From NCBI GenBank assembly GCA_002415345.1, contig DHXV01000001.1, positions 484,111 to 548,110 of the forward strand: a stretch of 64,000 nt of DNA, given 5' to 3'. Origin of the DNA: Patescibacteria group bacterium UBA5147. Lineage in GTDB: Bacteria > Patescibacteriota > Saccharimonadia > UBA4664. The notes under the pieces were generated by a model. That model ran no database searches. It saw only the letters and a list, made by a program, of their open reading frames with translations, and was not told the origin of the DNA. Each line of letters starts with the position of its first letter. Positions within the stretch are counted from its first letter, which is position 1. This document shows, piece by piece, positions 1 to 9,297 of the stretch. A program made the translations under genes and the position numbers.

Positions 1-735
1 TTTATCTTGGTTGGAATTTTAGGAACCACGATCTCGCCGTACTTGTTCTTCTGGCAGACCAGCGAGGTTGTCGAGGACGAAATCGCGGCCCATCGCCTGG
101 CTCAGCGCGGGGGAGTGCCAAGGCTAAGCCGTCGGTACCTTAGGATCCTGCGCCTCGACACGGCCTTCGGCATGCTGTTCAGCAACGTCACGGCCTGGTT
201 TATTATCGTGGTCGGTGCCGTGGTGCTCAACGCGGGGGGTATTACCAATATCAATTCGGCGGCTGACGCGGCCAAGGCGCTCGAACCACTGGTCCAAGGC
301 TTTCCGAACGCCGGATTAATCGCCAAATTCATTTTTAGCATCGGCATCATCGGCATCGGCCTGCTGAGCGTGCCGGTCCTGGCGGGCTCGTCGTCATACG
401 CCATAACTGAAACCTTCAACTGGCGCGAGGGGTTGTTCCGTAAATTCAAGCAGGCTCGTGCCTTCTATTTGATTATCATCGCCGCCACCCTGGCCGGGCT
501 GCTGATGAACTTCGGCGGCATCGACCCGATCAAGGCCCTTATTTACACCGCCGTATTCAACGGCCTGGCGGCCGTTCCGCTCATCGCCATGGTGGCACTG
601 ATTTCCAGCCGGACGGATGTCATGGGTGAATACAAGAGCGGCCCGTGGAGCAAATGGGGACTCTGGATAGCGTTTGCGCTGATGGCGCTGGCGGCACTCG
701 GTCTGTTTTGGAGCTTCCTTCCCGGCCGCGTTTAG
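1..735 (+). CDS. mntH: NRAMP/MntH-family divalent metal transporter, C-terminal part (5' end outside window)
   Basis: Frame stays open from the window start. Multiple hydrophobic TM segments and the GTTISPYLFFWQ and Nramp-like C-terminal helices. Confidence 0.7.
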   Translation, partial: FILVGILGTTISPYLFFWQTSEVVEDEIAAHRLAQRGGVPRLSRRYLRILRLDTAFGMLFSNVTAWFIIVVGAVVLNAGGITNINSAADAAKALEPLVQGFPNAGLIAKFIFSIGIIGIGLLSVPVLAGSSSYAITETFNWREGLFRKFKQARAFYLIIIAATLAGLLMNFGGIDPIKALIYTAVFNGLAAVPLIAMVALISSRTDVMGEYKSGPWSKWGLWIAFALMALAALGLFWSFLPGRV

Positions 736-906
736 GGGGTGGTCCAAAAGCTGGTACAGTGTCTTTCGGACTTGTCCCGCCAAAGACGACATCATATGTG
801 TACTGCTTATGCTCGGAATATAAATGCGCACAACGGATGACAAAATCCTCGTAGGTTTGGTATACTGGGCGCAATAGCAGGTAATGTGAGGGAATGAGGG
901 AGCGTT

Positions 907-1611
907 ATGATCGAACAATTGTTTGGTTCAAAGACTAGAGTAAAGCTTTTGAGCCTCTTCTTTAATAATCCCGGACGTCCGTTTTATGTCCGCGAAATAA
1001 CCCGCAAAATCGATGAACAAATAAACTCCGTCCGACGAGAGCTGGCGAATATGCTCTCCATCGGACTCGTCAGTTCCGACGGTGCCAACAACCGTCTCTA
1101 TTACGAAGTGAATCCGAAGTATGAGTACTATGAGCAGCTCCGCAGCATCTTCACCTCTATGCCCAATCGCAGCGCCGACCCGATTATGAAGGAAACGCAG
1201 GAAGAAGATCAGATCGTCAAGAAAATACGTTCGACAGGGAGCATCCAACTGGCATTCCTAACCGGCTCATTCGCCCGCGACAGCCGCACCAATGTCGATA
1301 TCTTCATCGTGGGAGACGTCAACAAGGCCCGCCTGGCAAAAGTTGTGAGTGAGATGGAGCAGGAGATGGGCCGCGAACTGAATTACAGCTGCCTGACATC
1401 CGCCGAATACGACTACCGTTTGGGTCTCAACGACCGGTTCCTTACCAATATCCTGGAAGCTAAGAAGATTATCGTGATTGACGGCCAGGATGAGAAGCCG
1501 CTGGTTCATTCCGACGTTACCTTCGGCGAATTCGCTGACCGTGCAGACGGGGCCACCGCTTTACCTATCTCAACTTACACCCGGGCCCGCGGCCGCAGCA
1601 GCCATTCGTAA
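907..1611 (+). CDS. Winged-helix plus nucleotidyltransferase-domain protein
   Basis: N-terminal HTH-like region and a GSFARDSRTNVDIFIVGD minimal nucleotidyltransferase motif. GAGGGAG RBS lies before the ATG. Confidence 0.5.
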   Translation: MIEQLFGSKTRVKLLSLFFNNPGRPFYVREITRKIDEQINSVRRELANMLSIGLVSSDGANNRLYYEVNPKYEYYEQLRSIFTSMPNRSADPIMKETQEEDQIVKKIRSTGSIQLAFLTGSFARDSRTNVDIFIVGDVNKARLAKVVSEMEQEMGRELNYSCLTSAEYDYRLGLNDRFLTNILEAKKIIVIDGQDEKPLVHSDVTFGEFADRADGATALPISTYTRARGRSSHS

Positions 1612-1673
1612 TTTTGGCTTGGTTCACGTACAATAAACGCTGACATTGGCCATTTATCAGATCAGGAGACAGT

Positions 1674-2294
1674 TTGGACATTACATATCTCGGCGCCGGA
1701 GCCGTGCGTTTATCAGGTAAGAATATTAACGTCGTGTGCGATCCATACGATGCGGGTGCAGGTTTAGGAAAAATCAACGTCCGCGCCGATGTGGTGACTA
1801 AAAGCGGGCCGGAAGGCTTTGGCGCAATCGAAGGCACCATGGTTATTGATGCTCCAGGCGAGTATGAGGTAAAAGGTGCCATGATAACCGGAGTACCGGC
1901 ACGTCTGCATATTGATGAAGACGGTATCCGTGCCTCAGTTTTCAGCCTGCTTATCGATGGCGTCAATGTGGTGGTTGCTGGTAACATCGCCGGCAAGCTC
2001 GACGACCGGGAAGTGGAAGCGTTAGGTAAAGTTGATGTCTTGGTCGTTCCTGTGGGCGGTCGTGGCCTTACCCTGGACGCCGAAGGCGCCGCGAGCGTCG
2101 TCGCCCAGCTCGAGCCAAGCTATGTCGTGCCGGTCCACTACGACGAGCCAAACACCACCTATGCCATGCCCCAGGCAAGCGTCGATGAGTTCCTGAAAGA
2201 AATGGGTTCAAGCCCTGAGCCAACCAGCAAGCTCAAGGTCAACGCCAAGGAATTCCCGGAAGAGACGCAGGTCGTTCTCCTGACCCGCGGGTAA
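1674..2294 (+). CDS. MBL-fold metal-dependent hydrolase (UPF0173-like)
   Basis: TTG start with AGGAGA RBS. Protein resembles the metal-dependent hydrolase / beta-lactamase fold (VVPVHYD motif). Confidence 0.6.
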   Translation: MDITYLGAGAVRLSGKNINVVCDPYDAGAGLGKINVRADVVTKSGPEGFGAIEGTMVIDAPGEYEVKGAMITGVPARLHIDEDGIRASVFSLLIDGVNVVVAGNIAGKLDDREVEALGKVDVLVVPVGGRGLTLDAEGAASVVAQLEPSYVVPVHYDEPNTTYAMPQASVDEFLKEMGSSPEPTSKLKVNAKEFPEETQVVLLTRG

Positions 2295-2319
2295 TCCGCA
2301 GCTTAATTATCAGGAACTA

Positions 2320-2347
2320 AAAAAGAGCCCTGAGGGGCTCTTTTTTA
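2320..2347. terminator. Bidirectional intrinsic terminator between the hydrolase gene and rpmB
   Basis: GAGCCC-tgag-GGGCTC hairpin flanked by an A-tract and a T-tract. Confidence 0.75.
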
Positions 2348-2358
2348 TGCGGGGCAAG

Positions 2359-2589
2359 CTAGGCGACTGCCGTCTCGGTCTGAGCAACCTTAGCGGCCGC
2401 TTCACGCTGGTATTTCGCGAGCGTTCGGATGCACTGAGTGCAAATCTTAGCCTGAATACGCGTCGAACCAATAGTGATGCGCTGGCGCTGGAGGTTGGGT
2501 TTCCAGACCTTGTTGGTCTTTTTCAGCGAGAACGGCACGTTGTGTCCGTATTGCTTGCCCTTATTGCAGATGTCGCAGGCGTATGCCAT
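2359..2589 (-). CDS. rpmB: 50S ribosomal protein L28
   Basis: MAYACDICNKG...QRQRITIGSTRIQAKICTQCIRT carries the CxxC...CxxC L28 signature. Confidence 0.85.
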   Translation of the reverse strand: MAYACDICNKGKQYGHNVPFSLKKTNKVWKPNLQRQRITIGSTRIQAKICTQCIRTLAKYQREAAAKVAQTETAVA

Positions 2590-2697
2590 GGTGTTGCGTC
2601 CAGTTATGTAACTGTCCGATAATATCAGATATGAGCCCCAGGGTCAATGTTCGCTCGCGTCGGCGACCAAATAGCCAAAATGGGCTACAATATGCTT

Positions 2698-3336
2698 ATG
2701 AACTTAGATCCGTTATCCCTTGGAGCAGTTTTTTTTGCGCTTGTCGTGGGTTTGGTCCTGCATGAATTCATGCACGCCTATGTCGGCTATCGCCTAGGGG
2801 ACGACACCGCCCACGCCCAAGGGCGCATTACGCTGAATCCGATGGCCCACATCGACCCGTTTACGACATTGATGTTGCCGTTCTTCCTGCTTCTGGCGGG
2901 CCTACCTGTGTTTGCGGCCGCCAAACCCGTACCATTCAATCCGTGGGCGCTCAGAGGCGGGAAGTGGGGAGCAGCAGCCGTTGCGGCGGCCGGCCCGCTG
3001 ACTAACCTGAGCATCGCAATCTTCTGCGGTCTTTGGCTCCACCTATTGCCCACATCGGCCCTGGCCTTTACGATTCTGGAGTCAATGGTACTGGTCAACG
3101 TCGGTCTGTTCGTGTTTAACTCTATTCCGCTGCCCCCGCTTGACGGTTCCCGGGTCTTATACGCGGTCGTGCCGGAATCCGCGAGGGAAGTGATGGACCG
3201 GATTGAGCATGCCGGGCTAATCGTAATTTTCGGCTTCGTAGCCATTATGTGGTACACCCCGCTTGGCGCCATGCTTGGCGGCCTGATCCGAGGAATCACC
3301 GCATTCCTGTTGCCCGCTGGCACGCTTGGGATATAA
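2698..3336 (+). CDS. Site-2 protease family (M50) zinc metalloprotease
   Basis: HEFMH zinc motif in a TM helix and a downstream LDG motif. Start refined to the ATG 7 nt after a TACAAT -10 box (leaderless pattern). Confidence 0.75.
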   Translation: MNLDPLSLGAVFFALVVGLVLHEFMHAYVGYRLGDDTAHAQGRITLNPMAHIDPFTTLMLPFFLLLAGLPVFAAAKPVPFNPWALRGGKWGAAAVAAAGPLTNLSIAIFCGLWLHLLPTSALAFTILESMVLVNVGLFVFNSIPLPPLDGSRVLYAVVPESAREVMDRIEHAGLIVIFGFVAIMWYTPLGAMLGGLIRGITAFLLPAGTLGI

Positions 3337-3604
3337 TAAAGGCAGCTCTGCGGTACTGGAATCTGGCTAATCATTTTTCTCTGTACGATTACCAACGGGA
3401 GTCCAAGATTGTTCTGGCCCGTGGGCTTAGTAACTGAGGACACCCACCTGCTTATAGCAGGGAAAAGTTGGACTGTCGGGACCGTATTGCGGAGTGTCAC
3501 TTATCTAAGATATGAAAAGTCCCGGAATCTCCATTTGGAGGTTCCGGGACTTTGATTTCGGGTTATAATGGTTCTCTAACTTGGATGAAGCCGAGTGGCC
3601 ATAG

Positions 3605-4087
3605 TCAGAACGGAAGTATCACGGTCAAGAGAGGCTCTGTCCGCGTATCGCTCTTGTACACGATGTCGAGGTGATTTTCGTGAGCCTCAAGGACGTCCCG
3701 CCATGCATCCAACGCTCGGCAAACTGCCACTCGTTTGATGCATTCATCAAGGAGCATGATCTTTTCAAGATCTTCCTGTGTACTATCGCGCAGATAGATT
3801 CCAAAACGATTTGGTGACAGTTTTTTGTGAGTGCTGAACGATCGTTGGTATCGACCAAGTATAAGCAGGTTGGATGTTTCAGCCTCTACGAATCCGTAAA
3901 ACCCCCCTTTTGCTTCGGTTTCCAGAACCATCCGCCAAAATTTCAGAGCTTTGCGTAGCGTGGCCACACTGTCTACGCCGAGCAGACGGCGGGCGTAATT
4001 GAAAGTTTCGTTATCTCTGTCGTAGAGTTCTAGATTCAATCTGGGCATTTCGCAGATCCAATCCTTGAGGAAGGTGAAACGGGACAA
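3605..4087 (-). CDS. Hypothetical 160-aa protein, downstream partner of an overlapping two-gene module (toxin-like position)
   Basis: Start overlaps the stop of the upstream 70-aa gene by ATGA. About 48% GC versus about 56% in flanking DNA. No recognisable catalytic motif. Confidence 0.45.
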   Translation of the reverse strand: MSRFTFLKDWICEMPRLNLELYDRDNETFNYARRLLGVDSVATLRKALKFWRMVLETEAKGGFYGFVEAETSNLLILGRYQRSFSTHKKLSPNRFGIYLRDSTQEDLEKIMLLDECIKRVAVCRALDAWRDVLEAHENHLDIVYKSDTRTEPLLTVILPF

Positions 4088-4089
4088 GT

Positions 4090-4302
4090 TCAGAAGAAAA
4101 TGACTCGTTCCGGCTCGGTGTCTGAGTCAGAAGAAAAGATGAGGGTCTTGCCTCCATTTTTCTGTGCCTCGACAACACTGCGCAAGAGCGCGAGTGCGCG
4201 GAGAGTGGTGAGGGTAAAACTACAGCCGAGTGCAGCTTTGAGATAATCAGCATTGGCTAAACCCTTATCGGAAAGGTTCATCGATATCTTTTTGACGGCC
4301 AT
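4090..4302 (-). CDS. Small RHH-like (CopG/Arc-type) DNA-binding protein, antitoxin-like position
   Basis: AAGGAG RBS 4 nt before ATG (MAVKKISMNLSD...). N-terminal beta-strand followed by two helices. Translationally coupled to the 160-aa ORF. Confidence 0.4.
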   Translation of the reverse strand: MAVKKISMNLSDKGLANADYLKAALGCSFTLTTLRALALLRSVVEAQKNGGKTLIFSSDSDTEPERVIFF

Positions 4303-4489
4303 GATGCTCCTTCGGTAGGAATTAACTAAGGTCAAGGCTCATATAGGATCTCGAATAGCTTATTATAACCTTGATATTTGTGTTGGTCAATATTTTGAGC
4401 AGCAATCTACGTCAGACTGTTTGAGAGGTGTTGCGGCAGTGAGCTAATTAATGGATAATGCGAAGGTTAATCGCGTTCAAAACGTATAT

Positions 4490-4565
4490 CGGGGTGTGGC
4501 GCAGTTGGTAGCGCGTACGGCTGGGGGCCGTGAGGTCGCAGGTTCAAGTCCTGTCACCCCGACCA
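4490..4565 (+). tRNA. tRNA-Pro (anticodon GGG)
   Basis: Cloverleaf built by hand. The 7-bp acceptor CGGGGTG/CACCCCG, D-arm GCGC-AGTTGGTA-GCGC, anticodon loop CTGGGGG, T-arm GCAGG-TTCAAGT-CCTGT and 3' CCA are encoded. Confidence 0.88.
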
Positions 4566-4577
4566 AAGGAATTATTT

Positions 4578-4967
4578 ATGAGAACGTTCATCTTCAAGAA
4601 ATTGGTTCGAGACGGCATAGTCGTGAGCATTAAACAGCTTGGTAGTACGGCTGACACGCAGCAGCTGGAAGATTCTGCCTTCGTAGCTAAGCTCCTCGAA
4701 AAATTCCAAGAGGAACTGGCCGAAGTTGCGGAAGCCTCAGCCACGGATATTTCCGGGGAGATGGGTGACTTATACGAGTTGCTCGATTGCTTGGCTATAG
4801 CCAAAGGCACTACTCCAGAGGCAAGCCATGCGGCCCAGGCCAAGCGCAAGGCCAAGATGGGCGGGTTTGAGGAGCGCCTGTACGTTGAGAGTATAACTAT
4901 TCCCGATGATGATCCCTGGGCGCCGTACTACGCCGCGCGCCCGGAGCGTTTTCCCGAAGTTCTCTGA
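4578..4967 (+). CDS. MazG/HisE-like nucleoside triphosphate pyrophosphohydrolase (small all-alpha NTP-PPase)
   Basis: AAGGA RBS. EEL-AEVAEA...GEMGDLYELLD resembles MazG-type metal-binding helices. The listed ORF start at 4530 lies inside the tRNA, so the start was moved to 4578. Confidence 0.45.
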   Translation: MRTFIFKKLVRDGIVVSIKQLGSTADTQQLEDSAFVAKLLEKFQEELAEVAEASATDISGEMGDLYELLDCLAIAKGTTPEASHAAQAKRKAKMGGFEERLYVESITIPDDDPWAPYYAARPERFPEVL

Positions 4968-5035
4968 TTCGGTCAGGCGTTCGGCATCGAGAGAGCTTAG
5001 GCTTGCTCCTCTAGTCTGTTTAGACTATAACTTCA

Positions 5036-5956
5036 TTGTCCATCCACGTCGCTATAGCAGCGGCGCCCATGAAGGGAAGCACCATGTCTGCACAATCAAC
5101 GCCCGCAGGATCTGATCACCCGCTCATGCAGTTTCAGCCGGAATTTCCGAAAAACTGGTATTACTGGACCCAAGATTGGAAGGCGGCCGGCAATTCCCAC
5201 GTCTTACGGCAAGGACTGATCAGAACCGGCTTCGACACTGGCTTAGTGTGGGGTCACACCAATCACTCCGGCGAGCCGATCTGTTTCTATCTTGAACTGG
5301 CTGACGGCTGGTACAACGGCTTCGTGGGCATGGCGGACGACTATGTCACCTCAAACCGCAAGGAGCTCAGTCAGCTCGCCCTGAGCGTCCTGTTGGAGAA
5401 GGCTTTACGCAATACTGCACCCGACTACCGCCCTCCATCCTGGGCCGATCAACTCGATCAGGATGGGGTACTCGATAAGCTGCTCTGGTTCTTTCGTTCA
5501 GACGGGCAGTCGTCTTGGATCCCCAATCTGGGTTCGGTAAACAGCAGTCCAAGAGAGCAAGCCTTGCGGCGGTTCCTCAAGGACTTCGTCGACTACGTCT
5601 GGCTGGATCGGAGCGGGAATGCGCGATTTACTTTTAGGAATTTTCCGTCTTTCCGGCCGCAGCTTATCGCGATATTGGCCGGCACCAATCGGCTCAAGAT
5701 CCTCCTGGACCCCAAGTACATGCTCGATGAGCCTTGCTGGGAGGCACTTCGGAGCTTGGCCTATTCTGAACATCCGGATAGAGAAGGCGTATCACTTGAA
5801 GAGGCATCTTTTGAATCGAAGGGCCAGACAGCAAAGGATGCCGCCCACGTTTTGATTATGCGTGGCATTGACCGTGACCAGCAGGCTAGAGCCGATGAGC
5901 GGCACGCGCTCAAGCAGAGGCTGCGCGAAACACAGACGCGACTGGAACAGATCTAG
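5036..5956 (+). CDS. Hypothetical protein (306 aa), start uncertain (TTG 5036 or ATG 5069/5084)
   Basis: Long ORF with no recognisable motif. Lies between tRNA-Pro and rnpB. Confidence 0.4.
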   Translation: MSIHVAIAAAPMKGSTMSAQSTPAGSDHPLMQFQPEFPKNWYYWTQDWKAAGNSHVLRQGLIRTGFDTGLVWGHTNHSGEPICFYLELADGWYNGFVGMADDYVTSNRKELSQLALSVLLEKALRNTAPDYRPPSWADQLDQDGVLDKLLWFFRSDGQSSWIPNLGSVNSSPREQALRRFLKDFVDYVWLDRSGNARFTFRNFPSFRPQLIAILAGTNRLKILLDPKYMLDEPCWEALRSLAYSEHPDREGVSLEEASFESKGQTAKDAAHVLIMRGIDRDQQARADERHALKQRLRETQTRLEQI

Positions 5957-5967
5957 CCGGTTTCGAC

Positions 5968-6000
5968 AATCCCTGAGTGGCATCGCGCCACTCAGGGATT
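5968..6000 (+). terminator. Strong 14-bp hairpin after the 306-aa ORF (terminator-like, weak U-tract)
   Basis: AATCCCTGAGTGGC-atcgc-GCCACTCAGGGATT. Confidence 0.45.
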
Positions 6001-6044
6001 TATCATAAGCTTGAAAAAACGGCCTCAAAAAGGCATAATACTCT

Positions 6045-6413
6045 AGTCAGACCAGAAGATGATCGCGCTTGCCGCAAGGCAAGTGAGGAAAGTCCGGACA
6101 GCATAGAGCAGGACGATTGCTAACGGCAACCGGGGGCGACCCTAGGGAAAGTGCCACAGAAACGAGACCGCCTTCAGCAATGGAGGTAAGGGTGAAACGA
6201 GTGCGGTAAGAGCGCACAGCCAAGCCGGGTGACCGGTGAGGGAGGTAAACCCCGTTCGCTGCAAGGCTGCTCCATCACGCCGCAAGGTGGGCTGCTCGCC
6301 CGATGAAGCGTATACGCCGCTTGAGGTCGCTGGCAACAGCGACCCTAGACAGATGATCATCCCGTGCCGGCCTTGCGCCGGCCCGACAGAATCCGGCTTA
6401 CTCCTGGTCTGAC
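6045..6413 (+). ncRNA. rnpB: RNase P RNA (bacterial type A)
   Basis: P1 stem GTCAGACCAG...CTGGTCTGAC, the universally conserved P4 strands GAGGAAAGTCCGGAC and ACAGAATCCGGCTTA, and a CATAAT -10 box about 7 nt upstream. The antisense ORF 6142..6471 is spurious. Confidence 0.8.
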
Positions 6414-6463
6414 ACGTTTTTATTTCGCTTATCATGTTAGAATGAGAGCAATTATCAAAGCTT

Positions 6464-7915
6464 ATGCGCAAACGCAGTGAACTACTTTTTAGTCTAATAC
6501 TCGTCCCGCTCGACTATCTGGCGCTAGTCGCGGCTTTCGTGGCCGCCTATATCGTGCGTGTTAAAATTGACGGCCGGCCGGTCGCGCACCCCGTGGCGGC
6601 GTTGACGTTCTTGAAGCTGGCGCTCATCCTGTTGCCGATTTGGATCCTCATTTTTGCCTTGGCCGGGCTCTACAACCAGTCCAACCAACGGCGCCGTCTC
6701 GATGAGGTGGGTAAGATTTTTATCGCCGTTTCCGGCGGTGTCATGTTCATGATACTGTTGGATTTTTTACAACGGAACTCGATATTTCCGTCTAAGGCCG
6801 TGCCGATTTACGCCTACGGCTTCGGATTAATCGCCGTGTTGCTGGTGCGTACGGTGGTTCGGGCAGTCCAGCGCGCTCTGTTTCGCCTTAACATCGGCGT
6901 GCATCGCGCCCTCATCGTAGGCAGCGGGGAACTGGCGCAGCGCATTGCCGTCAGCCTGGTGCCGGCGACCGGTTACCAGATTGCCGGCTGCATCGACAGT
7001 GCCAAGGGGGCGGGCAGGCGGATGAAGGGGATACAAGTCTATAAATCCTTTGACGAAGCGCTTGATGCTCTTGGGCGCCGCGGATTCGACGAAATCATTC
7101 AGGCCGATTCTGCCTTGGGTCAGGAGGAGATTCTCAATTTGGTGACTTATGCCACCAACAACCACTTGGCTTACCGCTTTATTCCGAACCAGTTCGGTCT
7201 CTACGCCGTTAACTCCCAGATGGGTAATATGGCGGGGATTCCGGTGGTTGAAATCAAGCTCACCCCCCTTGATGGTTGGGGCCGGATCTTAAAACGTGCT
7301 TTCGACGTCATCGGTTCGGTTATCGGACTTATCCTCCTGTCGCCCGTATTCGCGGTTATTGCGCTCAGCATCAAGCTGCGTGATCCGGGTCCGGTGTTTT
7401 ATCGCCACCGCCGCCTCACTCGCATCGGCAAGGAATTGTATATGTTCAAATTCCGCTCGATGTCGCATAAATTCAGCACCAGCCCCAAATTCAAAGGCAA
7501 GACCCCGGAGGAGATATTTGAAATCCTCGGCCGACCCGAATTGGTCAAGGAGTTCAAGATTTCCCAGAAGGTGCAGAATGATCCGCGCATCAGCCAGGTT
7601 GGACGCTTCCTGCGCTCATCCAGCCTCGACGAATTGCCGCAGCTGCTGAACGTGCTCAAAGGCGACATGAGCCTGGTTGGCCCGCGCCCGGTGGTACCGG
7701 TTGAGCTTGAGCGCTACGGCGATTTTGGAGCCAGTTTCCTGGCGCTTAAACCCGGTATTACCGGCCTCTGGCAGGTCTCGGGGCGCAATGACATCAGTTA
7801 TGACGAGCGCGTTAAGCTCGATATCTTCTACGTCGAGCACTGGAGCCTGTGGCTGGATATGAAGATACTGTTCAAGACGTTACTGGTGATCCTCGGTCGC
7901 AAGGGAGCCTACTAG
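6464..7915 (+). CDS. Polyprenyl glycosylphosphotransferase (WbaP/WcaJ-like priming sugar transferase)
   Basis: N-terminal TM helices, a central Rossmann-like region, and the C-terminal bacterial sugar transferase domain with the LKGDMSLVGPRP hallmark. Confidence 0.85.
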   Translation: MRKRSELLFSLILVPLDYLALVAAFVAAYIVRVKIDGRPVAHPVAALTFLKLALILLPIWILIFALAGLYNQSNQRRRLDEVGKIFIAVSGGVMFMILLDFLQRNSIFPSKAVPIYAYGFGLIAVLLVRTVVRAVQRALFRLNIGVHRALIVGSGELAQRIAVSLVPATGYQIAGCIDSAKGAGRRMKGIQVYKSFDEALDALGRRGFDEIIQADSALGQEEILNLVTYATNNHLAYRFIPNQFGLYAVNSQMGNMAGIPVVEIKLTPLDGWGRILKRAFDVIGSVIGLILLSPVFAVIALSIKLRDPGPVFYRHRRLTRIGKELYMFKFRSMSHKFSTSPKFKGKTPEEIFEILGRPELVKEFKISQKVQNDPRISQVGRFLRSSSLDELPQLLNVLKGDMSLVGPRPVVPVELERYGDFGASFLALKPGITGLWQVSGRNDISYDERVKLDIFYVEHWSLWLDMKILFKTLLVILGRKGAY

Positions 7916-9060
7916 TGGCTGAGGGAAAAGTACGTAAGATTGCGCTGGTTCATCACTGGTTGACGTCGCCGGGCGGCGGCGAGCGGGTACTGTATGAACT
8001 TCATCTTATGTACCCTGATGCGCCCATCTACACCAGCGCCTATATCCCCGAGAAGTTTCCGGAATTTAAGGACGCTGATATCCGAACAACGTTCCTGAAC
8101 AAGATTCCCTGGTTGAAACGCAAACACCAGCTATTCCCGCTGTTTCTGGGGCTCCCGTTCAAGACCTTAAATATGGATGAATATGATCTGGTAATTTCTT
8201 CATGCGCCGCTGAGGCCAAGTACGTGCGCACTCGGCCCAGCACGCTGCATATCTGTTACTGCCATACGCCGGTCCGCTATTACTGGACCGATTATGAGTG
8301 GCGCCTCAAGAACCTGCCGTTCGGAGCGTTCAATCCGCTGGCGCGAGTCGTCTTTCCATTACTGATTGGGCCGCTGCGCCATATCGATTACGCCGCGGCG
8401 CAGGGGGTCGACGCCTTCATCGCCAATTCCAACCACATCAAAGCGCGTATAAAACAGTATTACCACCGTGATTCAACGGTAATTTATCCGCCGATTGTTA
8501 CTGAGCATTTGGAGAAGCTGCCGTCCGGATCCAGGGATTTCTACCTGATAGTCGGCCGGCAAGTGGCATCGAAACGCCTCGATATTGCGGTCGACGCCTT
8601 CAACGTGCTGGGGTTGCCGCTCAAGGTCGCTGGCAGCGGGGAGGAGATTGCCCGTCAGCGGGGCCGTGCCAAGGGTAATATCGAATTTCTAGGGCGGGTG
8701 AGTGAAGATGAGCGCGACCGGCTCTACGCTGGCGCCAAAGGTTTTATCTTCCCACCTGAGGAAGATTTCGGCATGACGCCCATCGAGTCCTTGGCCGCCG
8801 GCACGCCGGTGATCGCCTATGGCAAGGGCGGAGCGCTGGAGTACGTCGTCGAAGGCGAGACGGGAACCCTGTTTGCTGAGCAGACGCCGGAAGCGCTGGT
8901 GGAGGCCGTACGGCGGTTTGAGGGGATGACCTTTGATGTTGCAGTACTGCGGGCGGCGGCAAGGAAGTTTGACGTCAGCGTATTCCGGCAGCAGATTAGG
9001 GCGTTCGTTGAGGTTAAATGGTCTGAGTTTGAGGGTAAAAAGGGTAATTCCGGGTCATAA
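7915..9060 (+). CDS. Glycosyltransferase family 4 (GT-B)
   Basis: GTG start overlaps the previous stop (TAGTG). The KIALVHHWL N-terminus and EEDFGMTPIESLAAGTPVIA GT4 motif. Confidence 0.8.
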   Translation: MAEGKVRKIALVHHWLTSPGGGERVLYELHLMYPDAPIYTSAYIPEKFPEFKDADIRTTFLNKIPWLKRKHQLFPLFLGLPFKTLNMDEYDLVISSCAAEAKYVRTRPSTLHICYCHTPVRYYWTDYEWRLKNLPFGAFNPLARVVFPLLIGPLRHIDYAAAQGVDAFIANSNHIKARIKQYYHRDSTVIYPPIVTEHLEKLPSGSRDFYLIVGRQVASKRLDIAVDAFNVLGLPLKVAGSGEEIARQRGRAKGNIEFLGRVSEDERDRLYAGAKGFIFPPEEDFGMTPIESLAAGTPVIAYGKGGALEYVVEGETGTLFAEQTPEALVEAVRRFEGMTFDVAVLRAAARKFDVSVFRQQIRAFVEVKWSEFEGKKGNSGS

Positions 9061-9230
9061 TGTTCGCGTCCGCCTGTTGCTCGCCCCGCCGTTAGCCCGC
9101 CTAGAGCGTGGCTTTTTTGTTTGGGTATTTTCATTTAAACGGGAAATATTTTTGGTCGCTCTGATGTTTTTTACAGTCCTTCACGGCTGGAACGGTGTCC
9201 GAGCGTCCGGGAGGGGACGGTCAATTATCC

Positions 9231-9288
9231 AATAGCGGTAAAATACCGCTATTTTAAGCACTTTCAATAGCGGTATTTTACCGCTATT
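9231..9288. promoter_or_regulatory. Paired palindromic operator sites overlapping the padR promoter (likely autoregulation)
   Basis: AATAGCGGTA-aaa-TACCGCTATT at 9231-9253 and AATAGCGGTA-ttt-TACCGCTATT at 9266-9288. A TATTAT -10 box at 9285-9290 sits right before ATG 9298. Confidence 0.6.
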
Positions 9289-9297
9289 ATGGAAAGC

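Noticed and set aside
4530-4577. N-terminal 16 codons of ORF 4530..4967
   Set aside because: These codons lie inside tRNA-Pro(GGG). The start was moved to ATG 4578, which has an AAGGA RBS.
6142-6471. 109-aa ORF on the minus strand
   Set aside because: It is entirely antisense to the RNase P RNA gene and has a biased Arg/Pro/Ala-rich composition, so it is a GC-driven spurious ORF.
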